From an uncultured Gammaproteobacteria bacterium (GTDB lineage Bacteria > Pseudomonadota > Gammaproteobacteria > Steroidobacterales > Steroidobacteraceae): a DNA stretch of 64,000 nt. Below, piece by piece: positions 34,681 to 47,420 of the stretch. A model generated the notes under the pieces. That model saw nothing but the letters and a program-made list of their open reading frames with translations. It did no database searches and had not been told where the DNA came from. Numbering within the stretch: position 1 is the stretch's first letter; each line of letters begins with the position of its first letter. The stretch covers positions 22,690 to 86,689 of the forward strand of contig CAWJVK010000002.1 of NCBI GenBank assembly GCA_963846305.1. Reading direction: 5' to 3'. The translations under genes and the position numbers were made by a program.

Positions 34681-35400
34681 ATGCGGCTACTCGCCCTGGA
34701 CACCTCTACCGAAGCCTGCTCCGCGGCGCTGATGCTCGATGACGCGATCCTGTTGCGTTTCGAGATCACCGAGCGCAGCCACGCCGAGCTGATCCTGCCG
34801 ATGGTAGATTCGCTGCTCGCGGAGGCGGGCATTGAACTTGCGAGCCTCGACGGACTCGCGTTCGGTCGCGGGCCCGGCGGCTTCACGGGCCTGCGCATCG
34901 CGGCCGGTGTCGTGCAGGGGCTCGCGTTCGGTGTCGGGCTGCCGGTGGCGCCGGTGTCGAGTCTCGCGGCGGTGGCCGAGCAGGTACCGGCGGGCGAGGG
35001 CGAGCGCATCCTGGCCTGCAACGACGCCCGCATGGGTGAAATCTACTGGGCCGTGTACGCGCGGCATGGCGTTGCCGGCGTCGGGCGGGCCGGGGAAGCC
35101 AGCCTCGGCTCGCTGGGCGCGGAACACGTGTCGCCACCCCGACGCGTGGCGGACGGAATCGGCGACCTGCATCACGCAGCCGGCAACGGGATCGGGCGGT
35201 ATCCAGAGCTGCGCGCAAGGCTCGAGGCAGCCGGGATTCACGTCCACCAGGACCTGTACCCCCGGGCGGACGCGATCGCTCGGCTCGGTGCCATCGAGCT
35301 TGCGGCCGGCCGCGGCGTGGACGCCGCGCTCGCGTTACCGATTTATGTCCGCGATGACGTCGCGCGGCCCGCGGCTGGGCCCGTAACCGTAGTGTCATAA
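34681..35400 (+). CDS. tsaB: tRNA t6A37 biosynthesis protein TsaB (YeaZ)
   Basis: MRLLALDTSTEACSAAL..., GPGGFTGLRIAAGVVQGLAFG. Confidence 0.9.
   Translation: MRLLALDTSTEACSAALMLDDAILLRFEITERSHAELILPMVDSLLAEAGIELASLDGLAFGRGPGGFTGLRIAAGVVQGLAFGVGLPVAPVSSLAAVAEQVPAGEGERILACNDARMGEIYWAVYARHGVAGVGRAGEASLGSLGAEHVSPPRRVADGIGDLHHAAGNGIGRYPELRARLEAAGIHVHQDLYPRADAIARLGAIELAAGRGVDAALALPIYVRDDVARPAAGPVTVVS
35381..35398 (+). promoter_or_regulatory. Pho box upstream of phoB (inside the tsaB 3' end)
   Basis: CCGTAAC-CGTA-GTGTCAT, then 10 nt, then CCTAAT as a -10 candidate. Two mismatches to CTGTMAY-N4-CTGTMAY. Confidence 0.45.
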
Positions 35401-35445
35401 TCGACGGGCCTAATCCGGGCGTTTCCCCATGGTGGCCGAGGCGAG

Positions 35446-36141
<696 letters not shown>

Positions 36142-36161
36142 CGCTGGCGCGGCGACGTATC

Positions 36162-37460
36162 GTGTCACGGCCCGCCATTCGACACGTCGTTGGAATCCTG
36201 CTGCTGCTGCTGCTGGCAGCCGTCGTCGGCTCGCTGTCCGGCCACGCGGCAGCGCTGCTCGCGCTCGCACTGCTGGCCCTGCTCGCGTTCGAGATTCGCA
36301 ACCTGCTCCGGTTCGAGCGCTGGCTGCGCCGCAAGGACGTCGACTCGCCGCCCGACATCACCGGCCTGTGGGGCGAGGTGGTCGCCACGACCAGCCGCCT
36401 GCATCGGCGCAAGCTGTTCCACGAGCAGCGGGTGACGTCGCTGCTGCGCGAGTTCCGCCGCATGGCATCCGCCATTCCGGAGGGCGTGGTGCTGCTGACC
36501 CGCTCGCGCGAGATCAGCTGGGCGAACGCCGCCGCCGGCCACTGGCTGGGGCTGAACCGCAAGGTCGATCGCGGCATGCGGGTCGAGAACCTCGTTCGCC
36601 ACCCGGTGGTCGTCGCCTACCTCGAGGACCCGGATGGCCGGCCGCCGCCGCGGGTCCAGATGCCGGGGCTGGACGAGCGCTGGCTCGAGTTCCACCTGGT
36701 GCGCAACCCGGCGGGGGAGCAGCAACTGCTGCTGGTGCGCGACGTGACCAGCGAGGCTCGGCTCGATGCGATGCGCAAGGACTTCGTGGCCAACGCCTCG
36801 CACGAGCTTCGCTCGCCGCTCACGGTGATCGGCGGCTACCTCGACGCGATGGAGGACGATGCGTCGCTCGATGCGGGCTGGCGGGAACCCGTGAAGGAGA
36901 TGCGCCGGCAATCTGACCGTATGCGCGGCATCGTCGAGGACCTGCTCGAACTCTCGAAACTCGAGGCCCGTGGCGGTCCTGCCGAGAAAAGCCCGGTGGA
37001 CCTGGCCGGCCTGCTGGCGGCGTTGCGCAAGGAGGTGCTCGCCCAGCCGGATCCCGCGCCAAGCATCGAGATTGCTGCGCAGGCCGACGCGTGCCTGCTC
37101 GGCTCCGAGGAGGAACTGCACTCGATCGCGTCCAACCTGGTCATGAACGCGGTCAAGTACACGCCGCCGTCGGGCAGCATCGTGGTCCGGTGGTGGGTGG
37201 ACGCGCGCGGCGGCCACCTGAGCGTCAAGGACACCGGGATCGGTATCCCGGCCGAGCACCTGCCAAGGCTGACAGAACGCTTTTATCGGGTGGACGCCGG
37301 ACGCTCACGCAAGCTCGGCGGCTCGGGGCTAGGCCTGTCGATCGTCAAGCACGCGCTGCAGCGACACGACGGACGGCTCGAGGTGGAGAGCGTGGACGGC
37401 AAGGGCAGTACCTTCACCTGCCACTTCCCGTCGGCAAGGGTCGGCCGCATCACGCACTGA
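36162..37460 (+). CDS. phoR: phosphate regulon sensor kinase PhoR
   Basis: GTG start. Two N-terminal TM segments, PAS, DFVANASHELRSPLTVI, GSGLGLSIVKH. Confidence 0.9.
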   Translation: MSRPAIRHVVGILLLLLLAAVVGSLSGHAAALLALALLALLAFEIRNLLRFERWLRRKDVDSPPDITGLWGEVVATTSRLHRRKLFHEQRVTSLLREFRRMASAIPEGVVLLTRSREISWANAAAGHWLGLNRKVDRGMRVENLVRHPVVVAYLEDPDGRPPPRVQMPGLDERWLEFHLVRNPAGEQQLLLVRDVTSEARLDAMRKDFVANASHELRSPLTVIGGYLDAMEDDASLDAGWREPVKEMRRQSDRMRGIVEDLLELSKLEARGGPAEKSPVDLAGLLAALRKEVLAQPDPAPSIEIAAQADACLLGSEEELHSIASNLVMNAVKYTPPSGSIVVRWWVDARGGHLSVKDTGIGIPAEHLPRLTERFYRVDAGRSRKLGGSGLGLSIVKHALQRHDGRLEVESVDGKGSTFTCHFPSARVGRITH

Positions 37461-37534
37461 GCAACGCGCTGGTTTGCGTCCAGCGCGCCCGGCTGCCTGT
37501 CCGTCAACAAGTCGTGGCATTCCAGCCACAAGCG

Positions 37535-37552
37535 CTGACACGTCTCTGTAAC
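37535..37552 (+). promoter_or_regulatory. Pho box + -10 element upstream of the porin gene
   Basis: CTGACAC-GTCT-CTGTAAC, then 10 nt, then TATAAA (37563-37568). Confidence 0.55.
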
Positions 37553-37655
37553 ACAGCGCGCCTATAAAGACGCCCATCGAATCCGCTCGTGTGCGTCAGT
37601 TGCGTTGCGGGTCGTAGTCATGTCGTTCAGTTACCACTACCGTGAGGGGACCACC

Positions 37656-39116
37656 GTGAGAAATACCCTGCTTGCCGCGGCCGTTGCCGCGACACTCGCC
37701 ATGGCTTCAGCCGACGCTTCGGCAGCCGCCAGCGGCAACGCGACCAAGGCGGAAATCCAGGCCATGCAGGCGCAGATGCAGGCGCTCGCCGACCGCCTGA
37801 ACAAGCTCGAGGCCGCAAACAGCGCGCTGCAGAACGAGAACTCGCAGCTCAAGGCGGTCACCGAGCAGCGAGACTCCGAGATCGACTACCTGAAGGAGCA
37901 GACCAAGACGCTGCGCCAGGAGTCGGCCGAGGCGTCCGGCGAACTCAGCAAGGTCAAGGGCGCCGATTGGGCCAGCCGCATCAAGTTCAAGGGCGACTTC
38001 CGCATGCGCGAGGAATACATCGCCAAGCAGCGTGTCACGGGCAGCGCGCCCACGGAAACCGCGCCCTCCACGCTGTCGGTTGAGGATGCGGCCAACCAGT
38101 GGCGCACGCGGTTCCGATTCCGGCTGGGTGCCGAGGCCAAGGTCACTGATAACTCCAAGGTCGTATTCCAGATCGCGTCCGGCGACGGCGACCCGCGCTC
38201 CACGAACCAGACCTTCACGCAGGAGTCGTCGCAGAAGGGCATCTATATCACCCAGGCGTATGCCGACTGGAAGTTCATGGATGACGCGAACCTGCTGCTG
38301 GGCAAGCAGCCGCTTCCGTTCTGGCGGCCCGGGCAGAGCCTCTTCTGGGACGGTGACGTCAATCCTGAGGCGCTTGCGGCCACGTTCACCCGCGGCATGT
38401 TTTTCGGCAGCGGCTACGCCTGGATGGTGCAGGAGAACTCCAACAGCAATCCGAGCTACGTCAACGTCGACCCCACGATCTTCGGCACCCAGCTAGGTCT
38501 CGTGTTCCCGCTGTTCGGCGGCGAGACCAGGGTCGCGGCACAGTACTACAACCTGACCAATGGCAAGGGCAATGCGCCGTTCTACAACGGCAATGCGTTC
38601 GGCAACACGACATACAAGCGCAACCTGAACGGCTCCAGCACTGCCACGAACGTGCTGCTGTACGATTACGAGATCCTGCAGCTTTCCGGGCAGATGGGCA
38701 TGACGGTGGCAAGCCTGCCATTCAGCGTCTGGGGAGACTACGCGCGCAACATGGCGTCCAACGTCAAGTACGACACCGCCTGGTCACTGGGCGCTACGCT
38801 GGGCAAAGCGTCGAACGCCAAGACCTGGGAAGCCGGCGTGCTGTACGAGTCGATGGATAACGACGCGATGTTTGCGCAGTTCATCGACTCCGACTTTGCC
38901 GGCGGCGTCACCGGCGTGGACGGCTGGGCATTCAAGGCTGGCTACGCGCCGGTCAAGAACGTCACGCTGAACGCGACGTACTTCCTGAACACCACCAACA
39001 TCAATACCGCGGCAGTCAGCGGCAACGTCGCCAACGGACCGTACGCGGGCCCGTACGCGGTTGGCAAGGACATGAATTACGACCGGTTGCAGCTCGACAT
39101 CAACTACAAGTTCTAG
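37656..39116 (+). CDS. outer-membrane porin with an N-terminal coiled coil (probable Pho-regulated anion/phosphate porin)
   Basis: GTG 37656 preceded by GAGGGGA. Signal peptide VRNTLLAAAVAATLAMASADASA, about 90 aa of heptad-like sequence, then alternating beta-strand pattern ending in ...LQLDINYKF (OMP C-terminal Phe). Confidence 0.7.
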   Translation: MRNTLLAAAVAATLAMASADASAAASGNATKAEIQAMQAQMQALADRLNKLEAANSALQNENSQLKAVTEQRDSEIDYLKEQTKTLRQESAEASGELSKVKGADWASRIKFKGDFRMREEYIAKQRVTGSAPTETAPSTLSVEDAANQWRTRFRFRLGAEAKVTDNSKVVFQIASGDGDPRSTNQTFTQESSQKGIYITQAYADWKFMDDANLLLGKQPLPFWRPGQSLFWDGDVNPEALAATFTRGMFFGSGYAWMVQENSNSNPSYVNVDPTIFGTQLGLVFPLFGGETRVAAQYYNLTNGKGNAPFYNGNAFGNTTYKRNLNGSSTATNVLLYDYEILQLSGQMGMTVASLPFSVWGDYARNMASNVKYDTAWSLGATLGKASNAKTWEAGVLYESMDNDAMFAQFIDSDFAGGVTGVDGWAFKAGYAPVKNVTLNATYFLNTTNINTAAVSGNVANGPYAGPYAVGKDMNYDRLQLDINYKF

Positions 39117-39133
39117 GGACCTGGCAGTCCACT

Positions 39134-39167
39134 GCGGCCCCGGTGCATTTTTCCGCGCCGGGGCCGC
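39134..39167 (+). terminator. GC-rich hairpin after the porin gene (no U-tract)
   Basis: GCGGCCCCGG-N14-CCGGGGCCGC. Confidence 0.35.
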
Positions 39168-39253
39168 AATGCTGTGCAGAACCGGCAGCGAGGGCATACC
39201 GCTTGCCCCTTGCAACGGGCTGATGTATACGATCGCATCCTCTGGAGGCCCGC

Positions 39254-39997
39254 ATGGAAACGTCCGACCTCTCGCATCACATCATGAGCCGCTTCAATGC
39301 GGACCTGGAGGGTGTGCGCTCCTCGGTCCTGCAGATGGGCGGCCTGGTCGAGCAGCAGTTGCTGGACGGGGTCAAGGCGCTGTACACGGGCGACAGCAGG
39401 CTCGGCGAGGAAGTGGTGCGCCTCGACCACCGGGTCAACTCCATGGAAGTGGCGATCGACGAGGACTGCAGCCGCATACTGGCAACCCGCAGCCCGACCG
39501 CGTCGGACCTGCGGCTGATCGTCGCAGTCATCAAGACCATCACCGACCTCGAGCGTATCGGCGACGAAGCGGAAAAGCTCGGCCGCGTCGCGTCCCGCAT
39601 GGCAACGCTCGAGCGGCCGACCGACCGCTATCGCGAGATCAAGCACATCGGCGACCTGGTTGCAGACATGCTGCACGGCGCGCTCGACGCGGTGGCACGC
39701 ATGGACACCGACGCGGCGCTCGCGGTGGCGCGCAAGGACCGCACCGTGGACGAGGAGTACGAGGCGGTGCAGCGGCAATGCATCACCTTCATGATGGAAG
39801 ACCCGCGCTCGATCCGTCGCGCGCTGGACGTGCTGTTCGTCGCGCGGGCGCTGGAACGCATTGGCGACCACGCCAAGAACATCTGCGAGTACGTGATCTA
39901 CATGGTGTTCGCGAAGGACATCCGCCACCTGTCCATCGAAGATGTCGAGACGCAGCTTGGTGCCGCGCGCGGTGCCCGGACCGGCGGTGCGGGCTGA
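39254..39997 (+). CDS. phoU: PhoU-family phosphate signalling protein (copy 1)
   Basis: HIMSRFNADLE..., ASDLRLIVAVIKTITDLERIGDEAEK, ARALERIGDHAKNICE. Confidence 0.9.
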   Translation: METSDLSHHIMSRFNADLEGVRSSVLQMGGLVEQQLLDGVKALYTGDSRLGEEVVRLDHRVNSMEVAIDEDCSRILATRSPTASDLRLIVAVIKTITDLERIGDEAEKLGRVASRMATLERPTDRYREIKHIGDLVADMLHGALDAVARMDTDAALAVARKDRTVDEEYEAVQRQCITFMMEDPRSIRRALDVLFVARALERIGDHAKNICEYVIYMVFAKDIRHLSIEDVETQLGAARGARTGGAG

Positions 39998-40014
39998 TGC
40001 TGGAGGGAACCGCG

Positions 40015-40524
40015 ATGATGCCCGCATGGTTGAACCGTCGCACCGGTAACCTGCTCGGGTTCCTGGCCTGCGTGGGACTGATGTCCTATGCGCTGTTCGT
40101 GCAGTACGTGCTGCGCCTCGATCCCTGCCCACTGTGCATACTGCAGCGCATCTCGGTGATCGCGGCCGGCCTGCTGTTCCTCGCGGCGTTCCTCCACGAT
40201 CCGGGCGACCGGTGGGCCCGGGTCTACGGCGTGCTGATCGACGTGGCGGCGCTCGGCGGCATCCTGGTAGCATCGCGCCACATCTGGATCATCGCCCAGC
40301 CGCCCGGGTCGGTCGCCGAGTGCGGCGCCAGCCTCGATTACATGATGGACGTGCTGCCCATGCACGAGGTGCTGGGCAAGGTGCTGTCCGGTTCGGGCGA
40401 GTGCGCGAAGATCGACTGGAGTTTCCTCGGCCTCAACATGCCGACCTGGGTGCTGATGTGCCTGGTGGGCGTGGGGCTGTGGGGCGTGCTGGTCAACTGG
40501 TTCGTGCCTGCGGCGAGGGCGTGA
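40015..40524 (+). CDS. dsbB: disulfide bond formation protein B
   Basis: ATG 40015 follows GGAGGGA (an alternative ATG at 39997 overlaps the phoU stop). CPLCILQR, and a second Cys pair ECGAS...GECAKI. Confidence 0.85.
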   Translation: MMPAWLNRRTGNLLGFLACVGLMSYALFVQYVLRLDPCPLCILQRISVIAAGLLFLAAFLHDPGDRWARVYGVLIDVAALGGILVASRHIWIIAQPPGSVAECGASLDYMMDVLPMHEVLGKVLSGSGECAKIDWSFLGLNMPTWVLMCLVGVGLWGVLVNWFVPAARA

Positions 40525-40555
40525 TCGTCGTTCATCGCCCGCTGGTCACGCGGCA

Positions 40556-41825
<1,270 letters not shown>

Positions 41826-41898
41826 ACGTTGCCCGCACACTCCGCGCATCGATTGATCAGGCATCTACGGCACCCCAACGTTGCAGAGGGTTAACTCC

Positions 41899-42903
41899 AT
41901 GAAGTTGTGGCATAAATTTGCGGTTCCGGCGCTGTTCGCCGGTCTCGTTGCGGTCGGCGTTCCCGGGCATGCAATGGCCCAGGCCGCGTCGATCAAGATC
42001 GACGGTTCCAGCACCGTGTTCCCGATCTCGGAGGCGCTGGCCGAGGAATTCCAGATCTCGAAGCGTGGCAAGGTCCACGTGACCGTCGGCATTGCCGGCT
42101 CGGGTGGCGGCTTCAAGAAATTCTGCCGCGGCGAGACCGACATTTCGAATGCGTCGCGCCCGATCCTGACCGAGGAAATGGAAGCCTGCCGCAAGGCCGG
42201 CATCACCTACATGGAACTGCCGATCGCGTTCGACGCGCTGACGGTGGTGATCAACCCGGCCAATACCTGGGTCAAGTCGATGACGGTCGCGGAACTGAGG
42301 AAGATCTGGGAACCGGCCGCCCAGGGCCGCATCATGAACTGGAACCAGGTGCGCTCCGGTTTCCCGTCCGAAAAGCTCGCGCTGTTCGGGCCGGGCACCG
42401 ACTCGGGCACCTTCGACTATTTCACCGAGGCGATCAACGGCAAGGCGAAGGCGAGCCGCGCCGACTACACGGCCAGCGAAGACGACAACACGCTGGTGCA
42501 GGGCGTGGTGAACAGCAAGGGCGGGCTCGGCTACTTCGGCTTCGCGTACTACGCGGCGCACAAGGACAAGCTGACGGCGGTGCCGATCGACGGCGGCAAG
42601 GGGCCGGTCGAGCCGAGTGCCGAGAATGTCATCAACGGCACCTACCAGCCGCTGTCGCGACCGCTGTTCATGTACGTGAAGGTCTCGGCCGCGTCGCGTC
42701 CGGAGGTCCAGGAGTTCATCAAGTTCTGCCTGACCAAGGGCGCGGGGCTCGTGACGGAAGTGGGCTACGTGCCGCTGCCGGCGTCTGCCTACACCACGGT
42801 GATGCAGCACTTCGACGAGCGCAAGACCGGCACGGTGTTCGGCGGCGTGCCCAAGGTGGGCCTCACCATCGAGCAGCTGCTGACGATGGAACGCAAGCAG
42901 TAA
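41899..42903 (+). CDS. pstS: phosphate ABC transporter substrate-binding protein
   Basis: ATG 41899 follows GAGGG. Signal peptide, then [29 protein letters not shown]. Confidence 0.9.
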   Translation: MKLWHKFAVPALFAGLVAVGVPGHAMAQAASIKIDGSSTVFPISEALAEEFQISKRGKVHVTVGIAGSGGGFKKFCRGETDISNASRPILTEEMEACRKAGITYMELPIAFDALTVVINPANTWVKSMTVAELRKIWEPAAQGRIMNWNQVRSGFPSEKLALFGPGTDSGTFDYFTEAINGKAKASRADYTASEDDNTLVQGVVNSKGGLGYFGFAYYAAHKDKLTAVPIDGGKGPVEPSAENVINGTYQPLSRPLFMYVKVSAASRPEVQEFIKFCLTKGAGLVTEVGYVPLPASAYTTVMQHFDERKTGTVFGGVPKVGLTIEQLLTMERKQ

Positions 42904-43051
42904 ACGGCCGCCCGGCGGCGTGTTTCGCAGCGGGGAGGCGCCGGCGACGGCCCTCCCCGCAATTTCGCCCACCGGGGTCGCGCGCATCGCCGGGTGCGGC
43001 TAGACTTTCGCCCGCCGGGGCACGAACAAGAGTGGGAAGGGTGGTTCGGTC

Positions 43052-43978
43052 ATGAGCCGTTCACAAGCGCTGGATTCACGGGGCGCGTTCGCGTCGCTTG
43101 CGTACCGCAAGGCCCGTGACCGGGTCATCGAGTTCGTGCTGATGCTCGCCGGCCTGGTGGCGGTGTTCACGACCGTCGGCATCGTGTTCATCCTGCTGAA
43201 GGAATCGGCCGCGTTCTTCGAACACGTGTCGCTCCGCGAGTTCCTCACCGGCACGGCCTGGACCCCGCTGTTCGCGGACGCGCACTACGGCATCATGCCG
43301 CTGGTGGCCGGGACGCTGACCGTTACCGGGGTCGCGCTCGCCGTCGCGATCCCGCTCGGTACCGTCATCGCCATCTACCTGTCCGAGTTCGCGCCGCACC
43401 GGCTGCGCGAGACCGTGAAACCCATCCTCGAACTGCTGGGTGCCGTGCCGACGGTGGTGTACGGCTATTTCGCGCTGCTGATCGTCACACCGCTGCTGCA
43501 GAAGCTGATGCCGGACCTGCCGGGATTCAACATGCTGAGCCCGGGACTGGTGATCGGCGTGATGATCGTGCCGTACGTCGCGTCGCTCAGCGAGGACGCG
43601 ATGCGGGCCGTGCCGCGCTACATGCGCGAGGGGTCCTACGCGATGGGCGCCACCAAGTACCAGACCGCGCTCGGAGTGGTGGTGCCGGGAGCATTCTCCG
43701 GGATCGCCGCCGCCTACATCCTCGGGATCTCGCGCGCGATCGGCGAGACCATGGTGGTGGCGATCGCCGCGGGCATGCAACCCAACCTGTCGTTCAACCC
43801 GACCGAGCCCTCCCAGACCATCACTGCCTACATCGTGCAGGTGAGCCTCGGTGACCTGCCGCACGGCAGCATCGGCTACCAGAGCATCTTCGCGGCCGGG
43901 CTGGTGCTGATGCTGATGACGCTGGTGTTCAACGTGCTGGGCTTTTTCCTCACCCGCAAGTTCCGCGAGGCGTACTGA
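43052..43978 (+). CDS. pstC: phosphate ABC transporter permease PstC
   Basis: 308 aa, multi-TM. EAA-like loop [10 protein letters not shown]. Confidence 0.9.
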   Translation: MSRSQALDSRGAFASLAYRKARDRVIEFVLMLAGLVAVFTTVGIVFILLKESAAFFEHVSLREFLTGTAWTPLFADAHYGIMPLVAGTLTVTGVALAVAIPLGTVIAIYLSEFAPHRLRETVKPILELLGAVPTVVYGYFALLIVTPLLQKLMPDLPGFNMLSPGLVIGVMIVPYVASLSEDAMRAVPRYMREGSYAMGATKYQTALGVVVPGAFSGIAAAYILGISRAIGETMVVAIAAGMQPNLSFNPTEPSQTITAYIVQVSLGDLPHGSIGYQSIFAAGLVLMLMTLVFNVLGFFLTRKFREAY

Positions 43979-44910
43979 TGGTCGCAGACGCGCAGTTGAC
44001 GCTCGAGCAGATCCGCCGCGGCCTGGGCTGGCGCAAGCAGGTCGACAAGCTGTTCGTGATCGTCGGGCTGCTGATCATGATCGGCTGCCTCGGCATCCTC
44101 GCCTACCTGTTCCTGGACCTGGTGCGCGACGGCGCGCCGCGATTCGGCTGGAAGTTCTTCGAGAATTTCCCGTCGCGCAAGGCCGAGAATGCCGGCATCC
44201 TCTCGCCGGCCGTCGGCACGGCGCTGATCATGGTCGTGACGGCGCTGGTCTCGCTGCCGGTGGGCGTTGCCGCTGCGATCTACCTCGAGGAATATGCGCC
44301 GAAGAACTGGTTCACCGGCATCATCGAGGTCAACGTCACCAACCTCGCCGGCGTGCCCTCGATCGTCTACGGCCTGCTGGCGCTCGGCCTGTTCGTCTAC
44401 CAGTTCGGGCTCGGGCAGAGCATCCTCACGGCCGGGCTCACGCTGGCGCTGCTGATCCTTCCGATCGTGATCGTCGCCACGCGCGAATCGCTGCGCGCGG
44501 TGCCGAAGGCCATTCGCGAGGCGGCCTATGGGCTCGGCGCGACGCGCTGGGAAGTCACCAAGGACCACGTGCTGCCGTACTCGACTGGAGGCATCCTCAC
44601 TGGCCTGATCCTCGGCCTGTCGCGGGCCATCGGCGAGACCGCGCCGATCATCACCATCGGCGCGCTGGCATTCATCGCGTTCCTGCCCCCGTCGCCGGTC
44701 ACCGGCACCTTCCCGTTCCTCAGTTTCGAGTGGCTGAGGAGCGAATTCACGGCGATGCCCATCCAGATGTTCAACTGGGTCTCGCGGCCCGACCAGGCCT
44801 TCCAGTCGAACGCGGCGGCGGCAGGCGCGGTCCTGCTCGGCATGACGCTGCTGATGAACACGATCGCGATCGTAATCCGCTACCGCTTCCGCAAGCGCAT
44901 CAACTGGTGA
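43978..44910 (+). CDS. pstA: phosphate ABC transporter permease PstA
   Basis: 310 aa. [15 protein letters not shown]. The start overlaps the pstC stop (TGATG). Confidence 0.9.
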   Translation: MVADAQLTLEQIRRGLGWRKQVDKLFVIVGLLIMIGCLGILAYLFLDLVRDGAPRFGWKFFENFPSRKAENAGILSPAVGTALIMVVTALVSLPVGVAAAIYLEEYAPKNWFTGIIEVNVTNLAGVPSIVYGLLALGLFVYQFGLGQSILTAGLTLALLILPIVIVATRESLRAVPKAIREAAYGLGATRWEVTKDHVLPYSTGGILTGLILGLSRAIGETAPIITIGALAFIAFLPPSPVTGTFPFLSFEWLRSEFTAMPIQMFNWVSRPDQAFQSNAAAAGAVLLGMTLLMNTIAIVIRYRFRKRINW

Positions 44911-44915
44911 TCGAC

Positions 44916-45812
44916 ATGGAAACGTCCGTGGCCACGCGATCCGTACCCCGCCCCAATGAGGCAGCATCAATGCAAGGCGACACCGATGCCCGGCAGTCCG
45001 GGACTCCCGCGGTTTCCATCACCATGGAAAGCCGCCAGCCGCTCCGCGCGAACCCGCCCAAGGCGTCCGCCGAGAAGTTGGATTTCTGGTACGGCACGAA
45101 CCAGGCGCTGAAGAACATCAACATCTCGATACCGGAAAACCAGGTCACCGCGCTGATCGGGCCGTCGGGTTGCGGCAAGAGCACCTTCCTGCGCTGCTTC
45201 AACCGCATGCACGACCTGCAGCCGGACACGAAGTACTCGGGCGCCATCACGCTGCGGCCGGACAACGTCAACCTGGTCGGCCCGGAGACGGACCCGATCG
45301 AGGTCCGCATGCGCATCGGCATGGTGTTCCAGAAGCCGAACCCGTTTCCGAAGACCGTGTTCGAGAACGTCGCCTACGGGCTGCGCCTGCGCGGCGTGCG
45401 CAACCGGTCCGACCTCGGCGAGCGGGTCGAGAAGGCGCTGCGTGGCGCCGCGATCTGGGACGAGGTCAAGGACCGGCTCGACGACTCGGCGCTGGCGCTC
45501 TCGGGCGGCCAGATGCAGCGGCTGTGCATCGCGCGTGCGCTCGCGACCGAGCCTGAGATCCTGCTTTTCGACGAGCCGACCTCGGCGCTCGACCCGATCG
45601 CGACGGCCAAGATCGAGGAACTGATCACGGAGCTGCGGCAACGGGTCACGGTGCTGATCGTCACGCACAACATGCAGCAGGCAGCGCGGGTATCCGATTT
45701 CACGGCCTTCATGTACCTCGGCGAGCTCGTCGAAGTGGACGTCACGTCCAGGATCTTCACCAACCCGGCGAAGAAGGCCACCGAGGATTACATCACCGGC
45801 CGTTACGGCTGA
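44916..45812 (+). CDS. pstB: phosphate ABC transporter ATP-binding protein PstB (start uncertain)
   Basis: [42 protein letters not shown]. The unusually long N-terminal leader suggests a later ATG may be used. Confidence 0.9.
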   Translation: METSVATRSVPRPNEAASMQGDTDARQSGTPAVSITMESRQPLRANPPKASAEKLDFWYGTNQALKNINISIPENQVTALIGPSGCGKSTFLRCFNRMHDLQPDTKYSGAITLRPDNVNLVGPETDPIEVRMRIGMVFQKPNPFPKTVFENVAYGLRLRGVRNRSDLGERVEKALRGAAIWDEVKDRLDDSALALSGGQMQRLCIARALATEPEILLFDEPTSALDPIATAKIEELITELRQRVTVLIVTHNMQQAARVSDFTAFMYLGELVEVDVTSRIFTNPAKKATEDYITGRYG

Positions 45813-45822
45813 CGGAAGGACC

Positions 45823-46589
45823 ATGCAGGTCGACGATCAGCTCGAGGCAGCATCGGACAACGGGCCGTTGGGGGCGCGCGAGACCCCGGGCGGCGACCCG
45901 GTCGAGGGCCACACCTCGAAGACGGTGGAGCAGACGCTGATCGGCCTGCGGATGCACGCGGTCGAGATGGGCGGGTTGGTCATCGACCAGGTCGGCGCGG
46001 CGGTGAAGGCGCTGCTCGAGCGCGACGCGCACCTGGCCGAACTGGTCCTGTCCCGCGAGCCGATGGTCAACGACTACGACAACAGGCTCGATCGCGACAG
46101 CCTGATGTACATCGCCCTGCAGCAGCCGGTGGCGAACGACCTGCGGATGGCGCGCGCGGTGGCGCGCATCGGCCTCGAGCTGGAGCGGGTCGGCGACGAA
46201 TCGAAGAAGATCGCGCGATTCGCGCTGCAGCACGGCGCCGCCTCGGCGGGCGACCCGGTCGTGGCGGTGGCGCGTTACCTGCGGCACATGGCGGACCTTT
46301 CGATGGGCATGCTGCGCAGCGCCGTGCGCGCGCTCGACGAGAGCCGTCCGGAACTGGCAAGCGAAGTGCTGGCAAGGGACCGGGAGCTCGACCGGGAGTA
46401 CGCGACCGCGCTGCGTCAGCTGATGTCCTACGTGATGCAGGATCACCAGTTCCTGAAGCCCACCATCGACACCATGTTCGCGTTGAAGGGCCTGGAGCGC
46501 GTCGGCGACCACGCGAAGAACGTCGCCGAGCAGGTGATCTACATGATGGAAGGGGAGAAGCCGGCCCGGCCGAACGCCGGCCAGGGATC

Positions 46590-46593
<4 letters not shown>
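45823..46593 (+). CDS. phoU: PhoU-family phosphate signalling protein (copy 2, pst-operon-linked)
   Basis: [49 protein letters not shown] lies upstream of the ATG. Confidence 0.9.
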
Positions 46594-47416
<823 letters not shown>

Positions 47417-47420
<4 letters not shown>

